A stretch of DNA of 64,000 nucleotides from an uncultured Planctomycetota bacterium. Its GTDB lineage: Bacteria > Planctomycetota > Planctomycetia > Gemmatales > Gemmataceae. The stretch is from contig CAWKHF010000004.1 in the NCBI GenBank assembly GCA_963849325.1, forward strand, positions 1 through 64,000, written 5' to 3'. A model generated the notes under the pieces. It searched no databases. It was given only the letters and a program-made list of their open reading frames with translations, and had not been told where the DNA came from. The translations under genes and the position numbers were made by a program. Numbering within the stretch: position 1 is the first letter of the stretch; every line of letters starts with the position of its first letter. Shown here in pieces: positions 38,751-49,659 of this stretch.

Positions 38751-41377
38751 TTGGTGAGTCGCTCGCGTCTGTCCCAGATCCCGATTGATCACGTGGTGGC
38801 GGAGGTGGCGGCCTTCCCGCTCGCCTCGGAGGCCGCGTTGCGCTGCCGGACCACGGAACTGGAGCGCGGCGATCAGGGCAGCGCGGGAAGGCTGTGGCGG
38901 GAGACCGAGCGCCACGTCCTGGGGCATTTCCCGAGTTTCTCGGTAGACGAAATGGTTGCCGTGCGCGATCGGGTCTGGTTCGGCGAGCGACGCCGCACCA
39001 ACCAACCGCTCCCCCTGGTGCGCTACTTGCGAACCGTCGCCCGGTTGTATCTCCGCCGGGAGGGCGACCGCGTGGTGCCGCAGCTGCCGGACGAAGAGTG
39101 GCAGCGACGGCACGGCGCCGCCCTCACGGGACCGCTGAGAAGCGCACGCGCGGTTCGCCTGGCGCTGGCTGTCCTTCGCGCTGCCCGCCGACTTGCTGCT
39201 GGCCGCCCTCGACGGCGCGCACCTTCCCTCCAGCATCCACCTCCTTTCGCCGGCCCTTGACCGAATGCTGCGCGACCGCAACTACGCCGAAACGCACGTC
39301 CACCTGGGTTGCACTATATCCTTCCCCCACCTCTGGGTCTGTGCCCTGCGGGTGCTGGCCGACCCCGCCACCAAGCGGGAGCGAACGTTCCACAGTCCCG
39401 GCGCCTCCCTCGAGGAAGGTCGCCAGCTGGGACCGTGGCTGCTGTCAGCGGCCCTCGCCCGGTACGTGCTGGCGGCTTACCTGACCTGGGGCAGACCGGC
39501 GGGAACCTTCGCGCAGTTCCTCGCTGGTCCCGTCCGCCAGCGCGTCACCCGGGACGCCGGCGCGGCCGCCTATGCGTTGTTATCGCTGTGTCTCTCCGAG
39601 CTCCTGCGCGGCGAACTTCAGTGCGATGATTGTTCCTTCGCCAATCGCCAGGGGTTGTATGCCCACCTGACGGCGGTAACAGCCCGGCGGTTTCCCAAGG
39701 AGCTGGCGGCCATCCATACGGCCGATTCGATTGCGGTTTTCTTCCCGGCTCGCGGCGACGGCCCGACGCCCGAGATGGGCTTCATCGCGGCGGGCTTGCG
39801 GCACCTGGAACTCCAACTGGCGGAGCCTCCCGACCCGACCTTTGCCATCCTGTTCTGGCAGGTGCTGCGCATCCGAGCGCTATTCTTTCGCCACGTGGTC
39901 CAGCGTCCCATGACGCCCGGCCTCCAGTGGTTTCTCCGTTTCTACGAGCGAATGAAAGCGGTCAGCCGGATCTTCTCCAAGGAAGCGCTCTTCCACTCGG
40001 CGGCCAAGCAGGGAGGGCAGGAATTCGGCCTGAGTTCGCTTGAGGTGCGCACGGCGCCGGACGCATCGGTGCGCAAGCTGTACAAGGAAATTCAGGCGAT
40101 CGATCGCGCGGCCGCCAACTACCAGCCTTTGGAGTATGGGATAGTGTTTCACCTGGTGCGCAACCGTGGCGGAGGGGCCCTGGAAGGCGAGCCAAGGCCG
40201 CACGGACTGTGGAGTAACGCGGATCCCGATTGCCGAATCCTTCCCAGGCCGGCCGGCAATCCGACCGGCTATCGCTATGCCATGGTTTACCAGGAGAAGC
40301 GGCAGGAGGTGCTGGCCTTCGCCTGGATGCTTCGGCATTATCCGCTGTCGCTGCAAATCGTGCGCGGGCTGGATCTCTGCACGGATGAGCTGGGCGTGCC
40401 GACGTGGGTTTTCGTTCCCTTGATCCGCCACATGCAGTCGGCCGGCCAGCGCGCCTCGGCCTATCTCCGTCGCTTCGGCCTGGAGGTGCCGCCGCTGCGG
40501 CTGACGGTCCATGCGGGCGAGGACTTCGTCCACTTGCTGACGGGCCTGCGCCACGTCGATGAGGTGGGGCGCTACCTCGATCTCCGGCAAGGCAGTCGAA
40601 TCGGCCACGGCCTAGCCCTGGGGGTGGACCCGCGCGAGTCGGCGCGACGGGCCGGCCGCATTCCGGTGACCTGCGAAGAGCGGCTCTTCGATCTCGCCTG
40701 GGAGTGGGACTGGGTGGCCCGCGAAGGGATGAACTATTCGAGCTGCCGCCGCCAACTCGTGGAGCGGGAGATCGTTCGGCTCAGTGAGAAGGTCTTCGGC
40801 GATTTCCAGCTTACCCCGCACGACCTTGGCCGACTCCTCGACGATCTTCATGACCCGGTCATGCTGTGCCGAGCCGGCTTCCCCACCGGCTTTCCTCCGG
40901 GACGGAAATTCCTGCCAAATAACCGTCGTCTGCGCTGGCTTCACGCCTATCTGACGGACCCGGACCTGTTCCTGCGCAGGCGCACGATCGAGTGGGTGGA
41001 CCCCGACGCCGAAGGGCCCGTGCTTGCGGAGCTGCAATGTGGCATCCGCCGCAAGTTCGCGGAATACGGCATCGTGGTCGAGGTCAACCCCACCTCCAAC
41101 CTCCTCATCGGGGACCTTCAGGATCTTCGGAACCATCCGCTCTGGCGCCTACGTCCTCCGCGCGGCGACGGGGATTCGCCTCCGGTTTCGGTGTGCATCG
41201 GCTCGGACGATCCGCTGACTTTCGCCACCAGCCTGCCCGTGGAGTATCAATTCCTGCATGATGCCCTGACCCTAGCGGGACTCTCCGAAGAAGAGGCGCG
41301 CTCCTGGCTGGAGGGAGGCGCGGGCGTGCGGCCTGGAGAACCGCTTCACGGTCCCGCGCCTGCGGGTGGCCGATTGA
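38751..41377 (+). CDS. rdrB: RdrB-like adenosine deaminase (RADAR-type), about 875 codons; frameshifts ~39150 and ~41313
   Basis: ETHVHLG, GLDLCTDE, TVHAGEDF, RIGHGLALG, EVNPTSN, GSDDPLTF; PGLQWFLRFY; RBS aggagg overlaps the upstream TAG; alternative-frame tail EARACGLENRF. Confidence 0.78.
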
Positions 41378-41664
41378 GAAATTGCGCAATGTGGAGGACA
41401 CCGTTGTTCCGTTGGTCCCTTAGCTGGGCACTTTTCTCCAACCCTTTGCCGGGCGAAGGCATCGAGAGCTTGTCCACAACCGCGTCGGATACTATGGAAC
41501 AGAAGTGAAGGCGGCTGTGCTGTTAGGAATGACGGCACGCTCTAATAGGATAGACGCGCACTCATTCGATTATTGCAACTCCCTGACCACCTGCGGTCAA
41601 GCTAAGTCGGAAACTCGGCTGTATCGGGTGTTTTTGCTTTGCTTGGTGGCTATCCGAGAGTACT

Positions 41665-42251
41665 GTCCCGATGTGCGCCCTTGACGTACTCGATGGCCCA
41701 CTTCGTGTAGTTATCCGCCGGGTAGCCGTCCTGCCACCTCTCCGCGCCGTTGACGGCGAGCAACTGCTTCTCGTAATAGGCTCCGGCATTGTCCGGGTGC
41801 TTCGGCCGATTCCACGCGATCTGGTAGTCCCAGTCGCGTCCAAAGCCGGCGTCCGTGCCGGTGTGCCACTTACCGATCTGGGCGGTGTGGTAGCCGTTGG
41901 CGCGGAATAGCGCCGGCCAGAACGGGCACCGCTTCGGATCATAGGTGCTGCCGGGGTATGGCCCCTCCATCCCCATCGACTGGATGCCGTGCGGGTGTCG
42001 CCCGGTGAGGAACGAGGCTCGCGGCGGCATGCACCATGCGCCAAGGTATGCCCCGCGGAAGCGCACGCCCGATTGGGCCAGCGCGTCGAGGTGCGGCGTC
42101 CGAATCTTCTTCTGTCCATAGCAACCGAGATCCCCCCATCCCAGGTCGTCGGCCAGGATCAGGACCATGTTCGGCTTTCGATCCGCCGCGCGGCGCCGGC
42201 CGCGAGGACCACGAATGGAACGAACGCCAGCAGCCTGCGCGTCGGCTTCAT
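41665..42251 (-). pseudogene. Sulfatase, N-terminal third only
   Basis: ILADDLGWGDL, TPHLDALA, WCMPPRASFLTG, IGKWH; similarity ends at KGAHRD. Confidence 0.8.
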
Positions 42252-42327
42252 GGAATCACCAGGTTGACAAGACCTTGTTCAGCAGCTCCGAACCAGTTCG
42301 TGCTGGGAGGCAGAGGGATCCTGCGCC

Positions 42328-43870
42328 CTACTTCCGCGGAGCCTTGAGGGTCTCCGACAGCCGGGCCTCCTGGGCCTTGAGCCACGTTTCGTAACCTTTA
42401 GCTCGACTCCCGACATACTTGTAGGTATCAAAGATCTCGCCCTTGCCCAGGGCACGGGGATCCTGCTCTTCACGGAGCATGCGAAACATCCGCTCGCGCA
42501 GTTCGGCCATCACCTGGGTATGGGGCGGATCCTGGGCGAGGTTGCGCAGGCACTCGGGGTCGTCGGCCAGACGATACAGCATGTCCGCCGGCCGCTTGCC
42601 GAAGCACAGCTCATAGTAGTGTCCGCCCAGGAGCTTGAGCGCTTCCTTGGTCGGGCCGGGATCGCAGTTGCCAAAATCCGTCTCCGGGTTGCAGGCTGGC
42701 CAGCGTTCGGGAAAGTAGTTGTGGACATAGAGAAACTCGGGCGTCCGAATCGCCCGCACCGGATAGCCCAGGTCGTTCGGCCGACCGATGTCGTGTCGCT
42801 CTTTGCCGATCAGCATCACCTTTCGCGCCGGATCGATCCAGCCGGACTTCTTCGAGCGCAAGAGGTCTGCGAAGCTGCGGCCGGTCATCTGCGCGGGCGG
42901 CTTCAACCCCGCCAGTTCCAGGTACGTCGGCGCCAGGTCGCGCACGTTGATGAAGTCCTCGACGACGCGGCCCGGTTTGACGGCCTCGCCCCAGCGGACG
43001 GCCAGCGGCAGGTGGAAGCCGTCCTCGAAGATCTGCCCCTTAACGTAGGGGAACGGCATCCCATGATCCGACGTGACCACGATGAGGGTGCGGTCCAACT
43101 CGCCCGCGTCTTCCAGCAACTGGAGCGCTCTGCCGATGTGGCGGTCGCCCCACTCGACTTCGATGGCGTAGTCAAGCAGGTCGGAGCGAACCGCCGCCAC
43201 ATCCGGCAGGTAGGCCGGCACCTTCACGTCCGCCGGACGTTTGCCGAGCCGGACGCCGGAGCCGCGCTCGTAGGGGCGGTGCGGCTCGTGGAAGCCCATC
43301 CAGAAGCAGAACGGTCGGCCCGCGGGCCGCTGCTTGAGGAAGGCGGCGAAGTTGCCAGCGTAGTCGTTCCGGCCGATCCCCGAGGCAGGCACCTTTTGCT
43401 TGAGCTGGTCGAAGCTCGGCCCCGCTGGGTTGCGCGGGAAGCCCGCGGCGGTCTTGAAGTCGCCCGGTCCCCAGCCCTTGCCGGTCAGGCCGATCGTGTA
43501 GCCGGCCTGTTCGAGCAGGTCGGGGTAGACAGCGAACCCGGACGGGAAAAGGCCGAAATGGCAGGCTGGCTTCTTTGAGCTGCCAGGTGTTGCGCCCGGT
43601 GAGGATGCTGGCGCGGCACGGACTGCACTTGGGGTTGGAGGTGAAGCCGTGTTTGAACAAGATGCCCTCGCGGGCGATGCGGTCGAAGTGGGGAGTCTTC
43701 ACCCAGGTACAACCATAGGCGCCGGAGTGATTCCAGCCCCAGTCATCGAAGATAATGAACAGAATGTTCGGGCGCTTGGCCTGCTCCGCAGCCTGCAGCC
43801 GAGGCCCGCCGCTCAGCGTGACAGCGGCCAGGGCCACGGTCACTGTCAGAGGAAAGGAAACGCTGCGCAT
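42328..43870 (-). CDS. Sulfatase (sulfamidase-like); frameshift ~43565
   Basis: PNILFIIFDD, KCSPCRASILTG, TGKGWGPG, EPHRPY, TSDHGMPFP; TGATG coupling with the upstream gene. Confidence 0.88.
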
Positions 43871-45244
43871 CACCTTGATCTCCCATCGAGGGCGCGAGAA
43901 TGGAAAGGTTGGAATTCTTGTGCCGCTTTGTAGTGCCGGTCAGCGAAGTCGAAGAAGATCTTCCAGTCGGCCGGCAGGACCGTGTGACCGCTACTGTGGT
44001 AATGGTACGCCAGGCTGCCATCGGCGAACGGCTGGTCCAACGCTGGCATTTGGGTAACGCCCAGGTCCTTCGCTCCCAGCAGACGGTAAACCGGTCCAGC
44101 GGCCACCAAGGCGAGGAACTGACCCTTGGGATCGCTCCATTGATCCTTGATCCCGCCGCTCACGAAGACAGGGCGAGGAGCAGACAGGGCGATCAGCAGG
44201 TGTTGATCCACGGCCAGTTCGTTCCACTTCCCAACCCACTTTTGCAGGTTGCCAGCAAATTGATAGCCGAAGCGCTCGGCCATGTCGTCCAGAGTCTCGC
44301 CCCAGTCGCGGCGGATCAGCGACGCACCCATCTCACCCGGAACAGCGGCGAACACCGCCGCCACTCGTTCGTCTTGAGCGCTGGCCCAAAGGACAGTCTT
44401 GCCCAACCGCGAGGCGCCGGTAATGGCGATGTGCTTGGCGTTGACGGATTTGTCGGTCTCCAAATAGTCGATGGTCCGGCTCAGCCCCCATGCCCAGGCG
44501 CTGAATCGTACCCCACTCGTTCGCCGCGGGTTTCGTCTGCCCTTGCTTCAGCGTCAAGCCGATCGCGCCCTCGGTCCAGCGGTTGGGCCTGTCCGGTTGG
44601 ATGTCGCTGTAGCCCAGCGCGGCGTAACCCCACCCACGGCTCAAAGTTTCCTCAACGAGATCGAACCGGCCCGGCGGCCTGCCGCCGCCCCGCGGCGCAA
44701 AGGTAAGGTTCAACAGTACCGGAACCGGACCATTCGCTTTGGCTGGTGTGAAGACGGTCAGGTTCATTCGGGGGCCATCTTTCGTTTCCCCCATTCTGCC
44801 AATGATGCGCCGCAGGACGGCCGTGCCCTTGCGAGCGTTGTCGTCGGTTTGGGTAACCTCCCAGGTGACCTTGGGGGCGTTCTCCGGGACAGCGCCGTAG
44901 ATCTCGTCGCGGAAGAACCTCAAGATCTCGGGACGTTGCTGCTTGAGCCACATCGCTGCGGTGGTGACGCGGCGTTTGTCGGACGTGACAAGGGGGTCCG
45001 GAAGTGTGTAGGGAGCGACCTTGTCCTCGGAGTAGTTCGAGACGTGGCCCGTAGCTTTGGCGAGGCGAACGGGGTTTCCTTGGGGATCGTTCTTGCCGAT
45101 GAAGGGAACGTTATCAGGGTTCCCCGTTGTACCTGGCGCGGGAAGCTTGTCCTTGTCCGGCTGCGAAGCCGGTTGCTGGGCCACAGTCAAAGTGAGGAAA
45201 CCGAGCATGAGGGCAAGCGCGATGGACCAGGTCCACGTTTGCAT
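43870..45244 (-). CDS. CE15-like (glucuronoyl/acetylxylan) esterase; frameshift ~44505
   Basis: Signal peptide; NYSEDKVAPYTLPDPL; AWAWG; TGASRLGKTVLW; DQHLLIALSAPRP. Confidence 0.8.
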
Positions 45245-45499
45245 TGGAGATCTCCTGATGGGGAAAGAGACTCGGTCAATGATGCGACGATACCCGCGAG
45301 GGTGTGCGCGGTCAATGGCGCTATGGGAAAATGGTTGTTGTGGGCGTGGGTGGTGGTGATCTCGTGAGGATAGGGGCGAGGCCGCGATCGTCGGCTGTAG
45401 GAGGTGAAAAGTTACAGAATAGGGCGTGGAAACGGCGGACGCCGGGAGTTTGCACTCTCGGCGTCACGTGTCAACTGGCTTTGCCCATAAACTCGGGGA

Positions 45500-46200
45500 A
45501 ATAGGAATCTGGCAAAGAGAGGCTCCCGTCCACCTTCGCCATCTCACCGTTTCGGCAGATCGCCCAGGTCTGCAAGGTCCGGCCGAGCCACGCGATCATC
45601 GCCGGCGGCCGGCCCAGGCCCGCCAACTTGAAGACCACGGCATCTCGACTTACCTGCACGTTCCCTCCCCGGGCTTGCTCGAGAGCTTCATTGGCGACGG
45701 GGTGCGCAAGTTCATCTTTGAGGGGCGAGAGTGCGGCGGCCACGTTGGGCCGCGAAGCAGTTTCGCCCTGTGGCAGACGGCCATCGACGTGCTGTTGGCA
45801 GCGGAAACGGCGCATCCCGAGGAATTCCATATCGTGTTCGCCGGCGGGATCCACGACCGCCTCTCGACGGGCACGGTGGCGACGCTGGCCGCGCCTCTCG
45901 GCCCGGGGCATGAAGATCGGCGTGCTCATGGGCACCGCCTACCTGTTCACCCACGAGGCCGTGCGGAGCGGGGCTATCCTGCCCGAGTTCCAGCACCGGG
46001 CGAGGACGTGCCAGGAGACGATTTTGTTAGAGTCGTCTCTCGGGCACGCCACCCGCTGCGTCAACACCCCGTTCGCGGAGGAGTTCAACCGCGTCCGCAC
46101 CGAGTTGATTCGGTCGGGGAAAAGCACCGACGAGATTGGCGAACAACTGGAGAGGCTGAACGTCGGACGCCTGCGGATCGCCTCCAAGGGTGTAACTCGT
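45500..46200 (+). pseudogene. Internal fragment of the FMN TIM-barrel (nitronate monooxygenase/FabK-like) domain of a type I PKS-like gene
   Basis: TYLHVPSPGLL, FIFEGRECGGHVGPRSSF, FAGGIHD, GVLMGTAYLFT, GHATRC, LNVGRLRIASKG. Confidence 0.7.
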
Positions 46201-46219
46201 CCCTCCGATCCACGCCAAC

Positions 46220-46325
46220 CCGGAGCTTTGCAACGTAATTCGGCAAAATGTCAAGTTGGTGAACATGGTTAGTCACCTAGCTTCACCAGATTACCACTTT
46301 CCGGAATTACGTTGCAAAGCCCCGG
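46220..46325. mobile_element. MITE-like element (about 100 bp) with 31-bp imperfect terminal inverted repeats
   Basis: ccggagctttgcaacgtaattcggcaaaatg vs reverse complement ccggggctttgcaacgtaattccggaaagtg; perfect 17-bp core 46225-46241 / 46304-46320. Confidence 0.75.
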
Positions 46326-46413
46326 ACCCCGTCCGGGAGCCTCGGTACCAGAGACTCCTCGGTGGCCACCCAGCTGAGGGCGGCATCGTCCACGATGGAG
46401 GCCTGCCGGTGAC

Positions 46414-46560
46414 ATGGGTGCGTGGGGGCAAGCCACTCGGGCGATCCGCTGGGTTCTCCACCTGCTCGTGCTGTCCCGTAGCCAACGCCTGCGGGAGAAT
46501 CTGGCTCTCCGCCAGCAACTGTCCGTGCGGAGCCGGCAGCGTTCGCGACCGTCTGTCCTA
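46414..46560 (+). pseudogene. N-terminal remnant of an integrase-core (rve) transposase
   Basis: RENLALRQQLSVRSRQRSRP resembles the ENLALRQQL..KRP motif. Confidence 0.5.
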
Positions 46561-46593
46561 TCCGCAATAGCTTTGCCTTTAAATTCCCGGCTC

Positions 46594-46641
46594 TCGACAT
46601 AAGTCCTTGATCGAGAACCTCACATTCGACATAAGTCCTTG
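46594..46641. repeat. 16-bp direct repeat TCGACATAAGTCCTTG x2
   Basis: 46594-46609 and 46626-46641. Confidence 0.8.
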
Positions 46642-46787
46642 TTCTTGGACTTCGCGTCGGAGTTTATGGGCAAAGTTCCAGAGAGTTGCCATCGGGGAAA
46701 GATCGGTTTAACCTGATGAGATAGTTCAAGCTTCGGCCGATTTGATTTTGACACTCGCCAGGGATTTCCGGATTCGGAGGTAGAGGG

Positions 46788-49595
46788 ATGAGACGCTTCC
46801 TGTTCCTCCTCGGGTGGGCTGTTTTGCCGGCGCCGCTGGCCGCCGGAGAAAGCGTCGATTACCTCCGCGATGTCAAGCCGGTGCTGAAGGGACGTTGTTT
46901 CGCCTGTCACGGCACCTTGAAGCAGCAGGCGAAGCTCCGGCTGGATGCCGCCGCGCTAATCCGCAAGGGAGGACGCCACGGGCCGGCAGTCAAGCCGGGC
47001 GATGCCGCCGGCAGCTTGCTCATCGAGCGGATCACCGATCCCGAAGAGAGTACGCGGATGCCGCCCCAGGGGAAGCCGCTCACCGATAAACAGATCGCCC
47101 TGCTGAAAGCCTGGATCGATCAGGGCGCCCCCAACCCGTCTGACGATCAGCCGGAAGAAGATCCGCGCCGTCACTGGGCATTCCAGAAGCCCGTTCGCCC
47201 CCCTGTACCTACCGGAGCGGATGGGGGCGGCAGCCGCAATCCGGTCGATGCGTTTCTGGCCGCTTCGCGCACCCGCAAGGGCGTGACGCGGAGTCCGTCC
47301 GCAACTCGCGCCGCCTTGCTGCGTCGCGTCTACCTGGACCTGATCGGACTACCGCCCAGCCGCGAGCAGCTGCACGCCTTCCTCGCGGATCCCGCGCCGG
47401 ACGCTTACGAGAAGGTCGTTGATCGGCTGCTGGCCAGCCCCCAGTACGGCGAGCGCTGGGGACGGCACTGGATGGATGTCTGGCGCTACAGCGATTGGTA
47501 CGGCCGGCGCGCCGTCCCCGATGTAATGAATAGCTATCCCCGGATCTGGCGCTGGCGCGATTGGATCGTCCGCTCGCTGAACGAGGACAAGGGCTACGAC
47601 CGCATGATTGAGGAGATGCTCGCGGCGGACGAAATTAGCCCGGAGGACGAGGACAGCCTGGCCGCCACCGGCTTCCTCGTCCGTAACTGGTTCAAATGGA
47701 ACTATAACCAGTGGATGCGCGACAACGTCGAACACACGGGCAAGGCGTTCCTCGGCCTCACCTTCAATTGCTGCCACTGTCACGATCACAAGTACGACCC
47801 GATCACTCAGCAGGAATACTTCCGGTTCCGCGCCTTCTTCGAGCCTCTGGAACTGCGGCACGATCGCGTCGCCGGCGAGCCGGACCCCGGCCCATTCAAG
47901 AAGTACGTTTACGGCGTCGCCTATGGACCGATCACCAGCGGTCGAATCCGCGTCTTTGATGAGAAGCTTGACGCTCCGACCTTCTTCTACAGCGGCGGCG
48001 ACGAGCGCAACCGCGTCGCGGGCAAGCCGCCCGTCCTGCCGGGCGTGCCCGCCGCACTGGGCGGTGATCGACTCCAGATCCAGCCGGTGAAACTGCCGCC
48101 GCAGGCGTGGTATCCCGGACTGCGACCGTTCGTGCAACAGGAGGAGATGGAGCGGCGACAGACCGCCGTCACCGCGGCCGAGGCGGCGCTGGCGAAATCC
48201 AGGATGGCATTGGTCGACGCCGAGCGAGCGCTGGCGGAGGCGCGCGGCACGGCATCCGCAGCGAAGGGGATACCGCCGGTCGTGGCCGACGTGCTGGCCA
48301 AGCGAGCCTGGGCCGTCGAGGAGGCCGGCCGGGCCGTGCGCTTAGCCGGGGCTAGGAGGACATTGGCCCGCTCGGACCTCGCCTCGATTGTGGCCCGCAT
48401 CGCCGCCGACAAGGTCGTCCATCTCGGCGCGAAAGGTGACGCCAAGGAAATGTCGCGCCTGGCTAGCAGGGCGGAGCGGCAGTACCACCTCGATGCCGCG
48501 CTGCTGGGGCAAGTGCAGGTCGAAAATGCCCTGGTGACGGCGCGGGAACCACGCGGCGCCAGCACAGATTCAGCTGCTGGAGAAGCAACTCGCCGGCGCG
48601 AAAGCCCAGAGCGCCGCCTGCCGCACGGCCCTCGCCAGCGACTCCACCACCTATACGCCGCTGTCGCCGACCTATCCGCGTACCAGCACGGGCCGGCGAG
48701 ACGCGCTGTGCGCTGGATCGTTCGCAAGGACAATCCGCTCACCGCGCGCGTCGCGGTCAATCACATCTGGGGCTGGCACTTCGGCCAGCCGCTGGTGGGG
48801 ACGACCTTCAACTTCGGTCGCAGCGGCGCGCGGCCGAGCCACCCGGAATTGCTCGACTGGCTGGCCGTCGAACTGATGGAGAACGGCTGGCACATGAAAC
48901 CGCTGCATCGCCGGATCGTCACCAGCGAAGCCTATCGCCTGCGCTCGCGGATCGGCGGCCGGGACGACGCCAACCAAAAGATCGACCCGGAGGACCGCCT
49001 GCTCTGGCGTTTCCCCTTGCGGCGCATGGAAGCCGAGGAGGTGCGCGACAGCGTCCTTTTCGTCGCCGGCGAACTGGATCCGACGATGGGCGGGCCCGAG
49101 ACGCCCCACGAGCAGGGGTTGACATCACGCCGGCGCAGCCTCTATTTCGCACATCACGGCGAGAGTAAGATGGAGTTCCTCGAACTATTCGATGGGGCCA
49201 ATGCCTGTGATGCGTACCGGCGCTCCACGTCCGTGTTGCCGCAGCAGGCACTGGCCCTGAGCAACAGCGAACTGGAACTGCGTCAAGGCCGCGTGCTGGC
49301 CCACAAACTCTGGCGGATCATCGAGTCCGATCGGACGGTGGCCGATCCCGAGACGATGTTTATTCGTGCGGCCTTCGAGCAGGTTCTCGGCCGTGCCCCC
49401 TCGGACGCGGAACAACAAGCCTCGGTTGCGTTCCTGGCTCGGCAGATACGGCTGTTTCAGCGGCAGAAGACCGAGATCGAAGCGGCGAGCAAGGCCGCTG
49501 GAGCTGCCGGGCCCGCAGAGGACCCGGCGATGCGAGGCCGCGAGAACTTCATCCACGCCCTGTTCAACCACAACGACTTCGTGATGGTGCGCTAA
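46788..49595 (+). CDS. PSD1/planctomycete cytochrome c protein (DUF1549 + DUF1553)
   Basis: RCFACHG, HWAFQKP, LLRRVYLDLIGLPP, YGERWGRHWMDVWRY, CCHCHDHKYDP, NPLTARVAVN, SHPELLDWLA; compensating frameshifts ~48550-48700. Confidence 0.92.
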   Translation: MRRFLFLLGWAVLPAPLAAGESVDYLRDVKPVLKGRCFACHGTLKQQAKLRLDAAALIRKGGRHGPAVKPGDAAGSLLIERITDPEESTRMPPQGKPLTDKQIALLKAWIDQGAPNPSDDQPEEDPRRHWAFQKPVRPPVPTGADGGGSRNPVDAFLAASRTRKGVTRSPSATRAALLRRVYLDLIGLPPSREQLHAFLADPAPDAYEKVVDRLLASPQYGERWGRHWMDVWRYSDWYGRRAVPDVMNSYPRIWRWRDWIVRSLNEDKGYDRMIEEMLAADEISPEDEDSLAATGFLVRNWFKWNYNQWMRDNVEHTGKAFLGLTFNCCHCHDHKYDPITQQEYFRFRAFFEPLELRHDRVAGEPDPGPFKKYVYGVAYGPITSGRIRVFDEKLDAPTFFYSGGDERNRVAGKPPVLPGVPAALGGDRLQIQPVKLPPQAWYPGLRPFVQQEEMERRQTAVTAAEAALAKSRMALVDAERALAEARGTASAAKGIPPVVADVLAKRAWAVEEAGRAVRLAGARRTLARSDLASIVARIAADKVVHLGAKGDAKEMSRLASRAERQYHLDAALLGQVQVENALVTAREPRGASTDSAAGEATRRRESPERRLPHGPRQRLHHLYAAVADLSAYQHGPARRAVRWIVRKDNPLTARVAVNHIWGWHFGQPLVGTTFNFGRSGARPSHPELLDWLAVELMENGWHMKPLHRRIVTSEAYRLRSRIGGRDDANQKIDPEDRLLWRFPLRRMEAEEVRDSVLFVAGELDPTMGGPETPHEQGLTSRRRSLYFAHHGESKMEFLELFDGANACDAYRRSTSVLPQQALALSNSELELRQGRVLAHKLWRIIESDRTVADPETMFIRAAFEQVLGRAPSDAEQQASVAFLARQIRLFQRQKTEIEAASKAAGAAGPAEDPAMRGRENFIHALFNHNDFVMVR

Positions 49596-49659
49596 CTCGC
49601 CAGTAAACGACATTCGAGGGGGTATAAAGGTGGTATTTCCAACTCGCTCCAGCGGCCCC

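Larger units (their letters stand above)
45479..46675. mobile_element. 1.2-kb segment bounded by a perfect 16-bp inverted repeat (non-autonomous element or nested IS scars)
   Basis: ctttgcccataaactc 45479-45494 and gagtttatgggcaaag 46660-46675; degenerate third copy 46570-46586. Confidence 0.55.

Noticed and set aside
38751-41377. Housekeeping adenosine deaminase (add)
   Set aside because: More than twice the usual length, with large insertions, and coupled to a P-loop ATPase; fits RdrB better.
41555-41668. IS end or MITE at the sulfatase breakpoint
   Set aside because: Only weak inverted similarity; no convincing IR pair or duplication.
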